This document shows positions 12,491 through 22,361 of a stretch of DNA of 64,000 nucleotides, one piece after another. Numbering within the stretch: the first letter of the stretch is position 1; each line of letters starts with the position of its first letter. Origin of the DNA: Nageia nagi (Eukaryota; Plantae; Pinophyta); contig JBITNC010000002.1 of assembly GCA_050084985.1 (NCBI GenBank), positions 11,904,001-11,968,000 on the forward strand, in the 5' to 3' direction. Made by a program: the position numbers and the translations under genes. The notes below the pieces were generated by a model. That model searched no databases and was not told where the DNA came from. It worked only from the letters and a program-made list of their open reading frames with translations.

Positions 12491-14004
12491 CCATTTTCAG
12501 CTTCCTCCTGGCACCACTCAATCACCTCCATTCGCTTGTTATCTACCTGTGGAAAATCATCACAAATTCCCTACAATGTATGGATCTTCCCATCGATCTC
12601 GAAACTCATAGTGAGTTTCTTGTAGTTGGTGTGGATGTCATCTAAATCAAATAGCCACTGCACTCCTAGAATAATGTGAGGATGCCCCTTCAAGGGATAA
12701 ACATAGAAGTTCTCCCTCACTGTGTAACTCTACAGCCTCACTCCAAACTTCTCAACAATGTGATCCACAAGTGTGAGTTTCCCATTGGCATTGGAAACTC
12801 TAAACCCTTCAAACCCCTCAGTTTTCAAGTTCTTCTCTACAAAGCCGACATCAATAAGGTTATGGGATGCTCCTGGATCAATTAGGACCATCACATCTTG
12901 TCCACCTGCCTGCCCCACCACCTTCAGTGTGAGGTACTTCTTCACCCCATGGAGTGAAGCGATCATGCTCCCTACGAGGCCTTCTACCTTGGGTGGTTCC
13001 TGGTCCAATATATCAACACCAAGATCCAAATCTGAATCATCTAACTCATCTTCATAAAACACCTCTATATAGTGCACCTGCCTCTTGCCTTGGCTCCCAA
13101 GTCTTCTTGCAGTAGAAGCACTTGCCTTCCTCCCTCAGCTTCCTCCAAGGGGCTGCATCTAATTGATTCGTCCAAGGTGGGGAAAGGGTTTGGCCTTACT
13201 AGGCCTCTCCTTGTATGCAAAAGTCTTCTGGGTGGCTGGCCCCTTGTACGTATGCCCTCCCTTGAGGGATTTCACTGTCGGCTCATCAAGGTTCCTAGGT
13301 GAGTATACCTTGACCATTCCCTACAATGATTCCATCAGTCCCTCTTTGAAGAGGAATGTCAACCACTCCTCAGGAATGTGATGAATCATAACTGCAATCT
13401 TCTAGAATTCTGATACATACTCATCCACTGCCCCTTGCTGCCTCAAAGATGTTAGATCTCAGAAGTAGTCATTCACCTTCTTTCGATCAAACCTCTTAAC
13501 CAACCGTCTGGCAAACTCATCAAAGGAGGTAGTGAGTGAGTAATCTTGGTTGATTACTCCATGCTGCCACCATTCAAGGGCATCACTCTCAAAATGTAAT
13601 GATGGAAAATGAATTGCATCTTCTTCCACCATGTTTGGGCTCAAGGTGAAGTAAGTATGCAGCTGATGTAACCATGCCCTAGCGGTCATCCGCTTCCCAT
13701 AATACATTTGTACTTGCATTTTATTTATTTTCTTCTACAGGTTTCTCTGGTCTCCCCACGAGCTGTTTGGGCTATGTGGACCGTGTGTATTACTCCCTTT
13801 CAACCCTACAATCTCTAGGTAGCTGTTGAAGTTGACATCTCTCTTCAATCCCGGATCCAACATGGAATACTCCTTGAAAATCCGATTCAGGTCCAGTGGG
13901 CCAGGAACCCTATTCTTCGCCTTCTCCCCTGACTTCTTGGTGACCATGGGCTTGGATGGATTGGGGATGATGGGTTGTTCACCAAATCTTGCCAACGTCC
14001 TCAT
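12025..14004 (-). pseudogene. Decayed gag-protease-repeat polyprotein of element A
   Basis: ORF fragments 13735-14004, 13459-13719, 12730-13077 and 12025-12531; the last two share a frame, interrupted only by TAG codons. Confidence 0.8.
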
Positions 14005-15329
14005 CCACGTACCTCCCTAGGAGAAGGTTAGTACCCTGTGGCGCTCGATGTGAGTGGGATCTCAAGAATGTGGGTTCAGGACGACCCATAGATCCGAGAT
14101 GAATGGATTCCCGATCTCTCAAACTATGGGATCTCTTCATACTCACCTCCTTATCTGCTTTATCCTCTTCATTCGGCTCCTCTCCTTCATCTAGGATAGG
14201 ACGTTGGGGGCTAATGTGCCTTTCTGGCTCCTCTCAAACTCCCACATGTCTGTTCAATTGCCAATGCATGGTGGTAATGGCTCCCGTCATGCTATGAATG
14301 GTTGAAATAAGCTCATCAAAATTCCACTCAGGTGTGGATGCTCGAGCTGGAATAGGGCTTCTCCTCCTAGTCGATGCAAACCTCCTTCCTAGTGCATCAT
14401 TCTCCTCCACGGATTCACTTGTGTTTGGTACCTCATTCATCCATGGGCGGCATTCCTCCTCCTAGATGGCCTTAGAAGGTGTATCCTTTGCCTGCGACTT
14501 TCCGCTCTTCTTGGTAGATGCCATCTCCTTCCGAATGGTGGATCTGGTGTAATAGCGGCAGACTGTTAATATCATTCACATGTTGGCTAGTTCCAGGCTC
14601 TGATCCCATGGTAAAGATCCAATTACAATCTCAAGTGCAAATTAGCAATTTCAACCAAGCAAATGCCCACGTTTGATCTAGAAGTGCAAATACAAGTATT
14701 CAAACCCTCACAATGCCAACGTTAGGGATAGGGCATCAATTACAAACTTCCACAACACAAAAATGCCAACGTCTTGCTCATGCATGCATGGATGAGTAAA
14801 CAAACCAAAACACTGCAATAGTAAAGCATACACAAGACAAATATGGCGATCCAATACCCAACGGCTGTATATAAGATAAATGATGATCAACAATACAATA
14901 CCAGGCCCAACAGGGCTGACATTGGCCTCAAGGGAGCCAAATAGGGCACAATGTGTATCATCAAACCGAACGGACAAATGGGACAATCTTGCTCCCTTAG
15001 AACCCAAATCCTCTCCACCAAAGGAACCCTCCTCTGATCCTGGAAACCACTGAAGGTAAAAGCGCAACCTCGGAATACCACCGGATTGGCAAGGGTGCTA
15101 CACCAATGCCGTAGACTAATAGGATCCCTCAGCCTGCTAATCCTCCTAGATGCTGTACCTAGGAGTTTGCTTAGCATTGCGCTATGTCTCTTACCCTCTA
15201 GACGATATTAAAGAATATAATAATCAAGCATATCCAGCTATGAGGCTCCAATACCTTTTATAACACTTTATTGGATCTGGATCTCACCTAGGATTCATCA
15301 CCCTGCTCCTTTACTCCAACCTTAGCCTC

Positions 15330-15525
15330 CTAGGGGCCCAAAATGGGTGCCTAGGGGTCAAGTATGCCCAACGTGAGTGCCCAGGGGTCAAGTATGCTTA
15401 ACGTGGGTGCCTAGGTGCCATAAATGCCAACGTGGAGGTCTAGGAGTGTCACACATGCCCAACGTGGGTCTAGGAGCCATGAGTGGGGGCTAGGTGTCAT
15501 CATGGGCCAACGAGAGGGTCTAGGA
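15330..15525. repeat. ~30-bp tandem repeats with CCAACGTGG core in U3 of the element A 5' LTR
   Basis: About six units such as GGGGTCAAGTATGCCCAACGTGAGTGCCCA; the other LTR has only about two (11160-11225). Confidence 0.8.
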
Positions 15526-16269
15526 GTCTCCCCAAGGATGGCGCATGTACATAAGTGCTCATCCATTCCCCAAGTGCTAAACAGACCTTGGGATTCCCAC
15601 AATCATGATCGAGGTATACAAGTACAATAAAACTCCTAATTTATGCTTGGGAGGGAGACGTCCCACTTGGGGCTCACAGTGGGGTCCAATGACCCATTAA
15701 GTCTTCTATCCCAAGTATTAACTCAAAGTACCATGCAATAATAAAATATAATACAAAGAGGGAATCTGTTGGATTCCATAATTAATTATATCAATGTAAG
15801 GGAGGTGTCACACTTTCTTTGCTTGTGAATCATCAAATCCAAAAATATATATATATAATTTGAATTCTAGTTGACAACAGGCATTCCTTGAACTTCAAGA
15901 AATTATGTTGGGGAGACAGAACTATTAAGTTTGTTTGCAAGTAAGTGCTCCTTTTCACATATTTGAACTAGTACTATATGTGAACTATTATTAAATATAC
16001 TTTACATCAAGAGCAACCAAGGAATATTTAAATCCAATTTTGAGTGCCTTCAACATGTTGAGGATGTTTTTGATAGTTCACTATGCTGTAACCACACCCA
16101 ACAAAAAGTGCTGACGATAAACCATAAAAAGAGGACAGAATTTTATGGTTAACTTGGCCTGCACAGTTATACACAATAGAATTGTCCTGCTCTCACTTAA
16201 TCTCAAACATTATTACAACAGAAGATGAAAACAATGTAAAACACATTACTCTTTTGCTGCTACCACATT

Positions 16270-16930
16270 CAGGCAGAGGAAAAATCATAGCAAACGTTGA
16301 ATTAGAAGAAACCAATGTTAAACTATTCAGTGAAGAAAATCTTGATCGATGAGATGGTTGTGAGACTATGCTTTGGATGCCGTGGTGATATATCTCACAA
16401 ATGAATTATGCACAACAATATGCAATGAAAAGAACCTAGATGATGTATAGATGAAGTTGCAAATGCATAGTCATACACGTCTTCTTTGGCCAAGCAGGTA
16501 TTTTCAAGTTCCAGACGTTGGGACGCACCAAACTCTCCGACAAATGGGCCATCAAATTCATGTTGGGCGAAAGCAAATTGTGCACAAAGAACTTTAAGGC
16601 AGAGGAATAAAAATATTTTGAGGCAGAATATGATGAAGAAGAATTGCGTGAAGAATAGGAGTGAGGTGTGTTGATGACTAATTTAAAATGGATGATGCAT
16701 TCTGGTGAAGACGTCGTTATGGAGGAAGGGAAATTCTCACAACAAGAGAGACAAAAGTATACTACTATACAAAAACAAAGCAAAGAAAGCCAGATCTTTG
16801 TATGCATAAAACTGTAAAAATTTTCCCTGTTTGCTGTTGTTTTCTGCCTTTGCTTCAGACGTTGATCGAAAACCTTTTGTATCTCTGTAATACTGAATTG
16901 TGGAATTGCATTACTTGATAAAATAAAATG
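16270..16930 (+). pseudogene. Possible decayed fragment or retrocopy of an unidentified cellular gene
   Basis: Protein-like frame KCIVIHVFFGQAGIFKFQTLGRTKLSDKWAIKFMLGESKLCTKNFKAEE*KYFEAEYDEEELREE*, followed by a T-rich 3'UTR-like stretch and AATAAA at about 16922. No TE motif recognised. Confidence 0.3.
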
Positions 16931-17399
16931 CGATGGGAGGGAATGGAAAAGTGAAACATAAATGCATTGTGCCTAAGGCCGCTAGTATCAGAGACATCCG
17001 AGACTTTTATGAAATGTTGGTGAGATCATAAATGAAACAACACCCACCATCAAATTGACTTGCAACGGATAAGAAATGGAGAAGAGACGGGAACAAACTG
17101 CAATGGATTTCAAATAACATTGCAGTGAAATTCAAAATGATTTCGGCACATATTGTAAGTGTTTCTCATTGTCGATCCATTGCGGATAGAACAAACGTTA
17201 AATGGCCCATTGCCATCACATTTCTTGCAACTAGGCTTGACGGTATCTTTAGACCTATCTTTCATCTTCATAGACTCATATCTATTGGTGATCATGAATT
17301 AAAAAGACAGTTATATCCACATTTTGCTCTTTATTCACCATTGCAAGTTTCTTCCATGACTTTGGAGGGACAACATTGAGGTTGGTACTCACAAAATAG

Positions 17400-17880
17400 T
17401 CTAGTTCTTTGGTCTATTGGTATATCTATAGATTGACACCCTCCTTTCTTTGCATTTCTTACCCAACAAAAGGATGACTACTAGGCAGTTAGTGAGGATA
17501 TCTACCAACAATACATTCAAGATACTTGGATCTCCCCACAAAAACAACCTAGTCCAAAATTAGAATTTTTCGCCAATCATTTTGATGAAATTGACACTTG
17601 TCCCAAACATATTCAGCAATATTGGACTCATGACCTCAAGATTCCTCTTGGACGGCTTAGAATGTACTCCCATCAATTGAAATTGGGAGTCAAGATGGAT
17701 GACCATAATCACAAACATGACAGTATTTGTCGCCTTTACTCCATGAGGTTGCTACTGAAGAATATTTCAAGTTTAGGAGTCCAACCTTTTATGAGATCCA
17801 AAGAAGATTTATCAATTTATGTGTGGCTTTGCAACTTCAAGAGGCTATTGTGTTACAAACCAGCTAATAAAAAACAATAG
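17400..17880 (+). mobile_element. LINE 3'-end remnant
   Basis: LKIPLGRLRMYSHQLKLG...DSICRLYSM..EVATEEYF resembles the LINE ORF2 C-terminal pattern RLRxSSHxLxIE...RICxxC..ExEEHF. Confidence 0.55.
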
Positions 17881-18140
17881 AATAATATCCTTGAGCTTGT
17901 TCCAGGTTCCCAATCACAAACTCTTTCTTGCAAGGCCTTCTTGACATTATTCTAAGTTGTTCCAGGTTTCCAAATTTTGTCCTCTTCGTCGTAGACTTTT
18001 TACTTGGTTTCGATGTTTTCACTGCACTACTTTGATAGTTGATCCCTGGACTTCATCTTCAATGCTGCGCATCCTGAATGTTTACTACATTGTGTTGCTG
18101 AAAGGTTTGCGGCCTTGAACTTTAATCCTTCACCTGGTTC

Positions 18141-18240
18141 CATATGATAGTTTTTTTCTTCCTTCTTGGAATGCTACCTTGATGGAGATCATATGATAGT
18201 TTTTTTCTTCCTTCTTGGAATGCTACCTTGATGGAGATCA
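18141..18240. repeat. Perfect 49-bp tandem duplication
   Basis: CATATGATAG...GATGGAGAT occurs twice (18141-18189 and 18190-18238). Confidence 0.95.
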
Positions 18241-18738
18241 TTATATAAAATTCATGAGCATTGTTATATGTTTTATTTTTTCTGTTTTGCACATATTTGT
18301 TATGAATTTAAACTACAGGTCATTGTGAGTCCTACATTGTCTATGGCATGGTCTCCAAAAATATCTGCTAACAACCTCCAATGCGACAGATCAACACTCC
18401 CAGCCTTCATTTATATGTATATACCAGAGAATGTTCACTAGGGCATAAAGAATAGAGACAACATGGTTATACTTAAGTTTCCACTTTTTCACAGCCACTA
18501 ATAAAATGCAATCACAATTTTTGTAGAAAAAGCTAAATAAATCAAGTATCCTAGTTATATTCATAATTTCATAGTGTTTTCCAGAACTTCACTTGGATAA
18601 CCTTAAAATTCATTTGAAGCAAGCTAAATGAAGTAATTAAAACAAACTTATATAAAAAAGACAGACTCTAAGAATATGCAAGTAAGTTTGGAATATAATA
18701 ACCATGATAGCAATCACATCAAGTTCACTGACACTCAC

Positions 18739-19015
18739 ATGTTTTACAATCTTCCGAATTGGCTCTGAAATGCTCCTCGGTTCCACTGTTCCACATGTCA
18801 CGCTAGGAAGCAATGGAGTGAAAGCAAAATAATTACGAGGAGAAACAACTTGAACATCATACTTGGAACAATCCAAGTTCTTCAAGAAGCTAGTGCCGGC
18901 CCATCCTGTACCAAGGACAACCACCTTTTTTTTTTTCAGACCCTCACCAGATCCTTGAGGTAGCTCTCGCTCTTGAGATGATGCAGCATCTGCAAATACC
19001 ATAAGGCCACCACTA
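18739..19015 (-). CDS. NDB: NDB-type NAD(P)H dehydrogenase, exon 2 (FAD-binding Rossmann motif)
   Basis: KKKKVVVLGTGWAGTSFLKNLD..YDVQVVSPRNYFAFTPLLPSVTCGTVEPRSISEPIRKIVK is the plant NDA/NDB signature. Acceptor ttcttttctgcag| before 19015; donor CAT|gtgagt after 18739; 277 nt (1 nt plus 92 codons). Confidence 0.95.
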
Positions 19016-20129
19016 CTGCAGAAAAGAAGAATTATAGTAAACACTCCGATTGTAACTAGTTACAATCTCTTTCCAAGAAAAAATATTAAAAAGGAAATAA
19101 AAAGCTCCCAATGAATGAAGATATCTATTTTCCACTTTAGAAGAAACCACGAAAACACAGTAATTACATGCATAATAGACTTGTCTGCACATCAATTAGA
19201 AATATATCTGCCTTCATGACTTGAAATGCATTTAAACCAAATAAAAAAAACATATCAAAATTTTACTAATTGAGCACCTCAAAAAATATGTATGGTATGG
19301 TTGAAACATTCCATATTACGTGGAGTCCAGAGTCCGATATATATTCAAAAATCTATATTTGTCTATATTAAATATCCAAACAACTAAGGCCAAACACAGA
19401 ATCTACAATATAACATTGAATATACATTTTAGTTCTCTATATTGACCAATGACCACCCAAGCTACTAAGGCCACATTCAGGAACAATATAAACAGTAGAG
19501 AACAATGACCTAAGGCATCTTTTATCTTCATCCCAAGAAAATTAATCGGTAGCATTGTCATTGCTATCACAATTTCTTGGTCAGTTACAATGTGAAGGAA
19601 TTTGCAAGGAACCAAGAAAAGAAATGCTAACCAGTGGTTTACCTTGCAGATCCTGCCATTGCCATATTACAAACAAAAACAATAGAGGACACATAATGAA
19701 CAATTGAGAACACCAGACAAAGAACGATATAACAATTAAGATGAAGAAATTATGTTCACAAAATGATATTCTGAGAATGAAAGATGAGCTCTACAGTTGA
19801 CACACAGTGATATACAGTGATGCCTTTCTAGGGATTGGGTGTGATATAAAGAGAGGAAATGTCAATGAATGATATTTTAAAGATTAGCAATGACTTACAA
19901 AATTGATACAGTATTGAAACAACCTCTGTAGTTACAACATATTGGCCTATCCTCTTCATTATTGAGATTACGATGTGATAAGAAGTCATCATTGGATGCT
20001 TTGAAACTAGTTTGTCTTTCTCATGAGATCAAGGGCATTGTGGGGGACAGACAGGGGTACCCATGTTCTCCCCCTTCTCCCTCCATCCCTGTTTCCCTCC
20101 CCTCTTTAAATTTTATAGTGATAAACTTA

Positions 20130-20628
20130 AACTAACACCCATATACAGAGAATGGTTGTTTTTTACACCATGTTCACATTGCTATATTGCTCTATGTTGA
20201 TGATGGAGTTCACCTAGATCATTCTGAAGAGGGATAAGATTGACAGCTGGATACTCTTGCTCAATTTTGTGAACTTCATTAGCTTGTGCTTAACCTTGGC
20301 AAGACTAAACTTATGATTGCCAATATCTCAAAAAGTGCTCTCCCCAAATTCCAAGTTGTTTACAAGCACAAGTGAACTGAGATCATCACATCTTACACGT
20401 AGTTGGGAGTTCAAATTATAGGGCCATCCCTTAAACTTAGGCCTCTTGCATAAGAAATGCCTTTATAAAGAGTACACCTCTACCTCTACTCTAGAATGTC
20501 AATTCTTCCACATACTTTTCCAGGAGGACACCACCAAGATCCATCTCTTTGAAAATAAACATTTAAGCCTATTGTCCTTTATTGTTCCGAGGTTTGGGGC
20601 TTAATTTTAGGATATACTAACTAGAAAC
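20130..20628 (+). mobile_element. LINE reverse transcriptase remnant, 5' part (split by the LTR element)
   Basis: IAILLYVDD, LVLNLGKTKLMI, YT*LGVQ, PIVLYCSEVWG; the frame continues at 29802 as KHIERVQTL. Confidence 0.75.
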
Positions 20629-21830
20629 TGTTGGGCCGTTTTTCTTTCTACCCTGCGAATAGGCAAATAGACATGCAAGGCTTATGAAAGGAACCAACAC
20701 CTAGGTGGAAGGGCGTGACCACTACCCTCTATGAGGACTACAACCTCAGAGGTCTCGTGAAATGGATGTGCAAGAATTAACTCAGGAGACTGGTTAAAAT
20801 GTTTGAAGCTGACACCAACTCAAATAAAATTTGTTAATCAAGGACTCGGATAATCTTTGTATCTAGAAAATGGTTGTTTCTCAAACAAAGTAAATAAATT
20901 GGGGTATGAAAGCTGCCGAAAAAGTTGTAAAATAAAAGAAAAATTGGAGGAGAGATTGAAAATGACTAAAGGCACATGAGTTCAGCTCTTTGCATCAGGC
21001 TTCACCAACGAATACAGTGTCTAAAAGCCAAGTTCCTTCCGGTTTCTTGTGAGCTCCACGCACCCACATATCCTTTCATTCTAGCCAGACTACACGAAGG
21101 GTCTAGAAGAAGGATACATCCACTTACACTAGCCAACAACACGAATGGTCTAGTGAAAGGAGCATGCATCTAAGGTACAAGGATGACACTCTCAAGATGT
21201 GGATGAAGTTCACATGCTAAACGCCATAGAGGAACCAACTTTCAAAGTTTTACAAGTCTAGCTGCACACTATGAACAATCATTGATCATGCATCACATTC
21301 AACACTTCAAAGAGATATTCAATCACTCTTTCACCCACCCATCAAGGAGTTTGTGAAATGTTCCAAGCATCTAGGCAATACACATCAATGACTAACAATC
21401 ACATGTCCAAGTTCATAACACCATAAAATGGAGTTATGCAATTTTCATTTCAAAGATCATGCCACATTCACAATAGACAAGTGTGAAATAGAAAGAATTG
21501 CTCTACTTGTCTAGTTGCAAAGTGTTCAAAGTTCCATTCTCAAAAATTCCTCTTTTGCACAAATGAGCCCTCTAGCGCTATTTATAGTTTTGCAAGGGAA
21601 CCTTAAGTGTTGCTCTAACCCTAACTACTATGAAATTATTAAAATATCATTGGTCCAATCAAAAATGTGCCAAGTGGCACCACCAGATTAAGTCCAACAC
21701 TTGTGGGACCAAATCCTCATCTGTCACAAGGCTTTAACAAAATTTTATAAAATTTGAGATCCAAAATACTGACTTATGCAAAAAATAAAATAAAATTAAA
21801 ATAGCGCATCCAAGATGCAATCGACTTCCA

Positions 21831-22361
21831 TCAACTTGCATTCATGAGACCATCAACTGCTCCATCACCATTCGCAGCGCCTATCTTTGAGTCATTTCCA
21901 CCCGTTGGTTCAAGGTATGCTTGTCCCTGAGTGTTCTCCTTCTCTTGTGGACGGCGTGGCTTTAGGAGTATGATATCCTCTTTAGGGCCCATCTTCCTCC
22001 GGCTCTCTTCCAGCTTCTTGGCCATCTTGGTGATGTCCCTAATCCGCTTTGCTCCAGTGGGATTGACCTTGTCAATTTCAATCTTTAATGTCTGAGTCTC
22101 CACGTCTTTGGTTTTCTCCGAATCCTTGTTCAAGAAGACTCTAGTCACAGACAACGTGTTGTCGACCTTGAAGACGAAGAGACTTACATGGTGAGTTTCT
22201 GTGGACTCTTCCTTCACCCTTTTGTTGGGATCCTCATGCAATGCCCTCATCATAGTTGTAAGGTCAAAGTTGAGCTTTGTCCTTGGTGGGGCTTCATCAA
22301 CGGTCACTACCCCCTCCAACTTGACCTCTTCCCCCCGTGTCTTACAATTCATCTCCGCCAT
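21831..22361 (-). CDS. LTR-embedded hypothetical protein (176 aa), 3' LTR copy
   Basis: Open frame starting MAEMNCKTRGE, ATGGCG context, TATAAAA about 165 nt upstream; homologous ORF in the other LTR. Confidence 0.5.
   Translation of the reverse strand: MAEMNCKTRGEEVKLEGVVTVDEAPPRTKLNFDLTTMMRALHEDPNKRVKEESTETHHVSLFVFKVDNTLSVTRVFLNKDSEKTKDVETQTLKIEIDKVNPTGAKRIRDITKMAKKLEESRRKMGPKEDIILLKPRRPQEKENTQGQAYLEPTGGNDSKIGAANGDGAVDGLMNAS

Larger units (their letters stand above)
10474..15812 (-). mobile_element. Complete non-autonomous Ty3/gypsy (chromovirus-like) gag-protease element, TR-GAG type (element A)
   Basis: LTRs 10474-11508 and about 14610-15812; perfect TSD CTTTC; Met PBS variant 14597-14608; PPT GAGAGGGGAGG at about 11511-11523; gag (ALEWWQ..SFDEFARRLVKRF), protease (LIDPGASHNLID, ILGVQWL). 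No RT, RNaseH or integrase motifs. Confidence 0.9.
132..18738 (-). other. NDB intron between coding exons 2 and 3, 18,607 bp, GT-AG
   Basis: Bounded by CAT|gtgagt and ttttcag|AAG; filled with nested TE fragments. Confidence 0.9.

Noticed and set aside
14708-15177. ORFs within LTRs of elements A and B (also 10572-10814, 30915-31097, 35061-35279)
   Set aside because: Short and without domain signature; similarity between copies reflects LTR identity only.
18637-19044. 135-aa ORF as a complete gene
   Set aside because: Both ends read into intron; the real exon is 18739-19015, defined by splice sites and homology.
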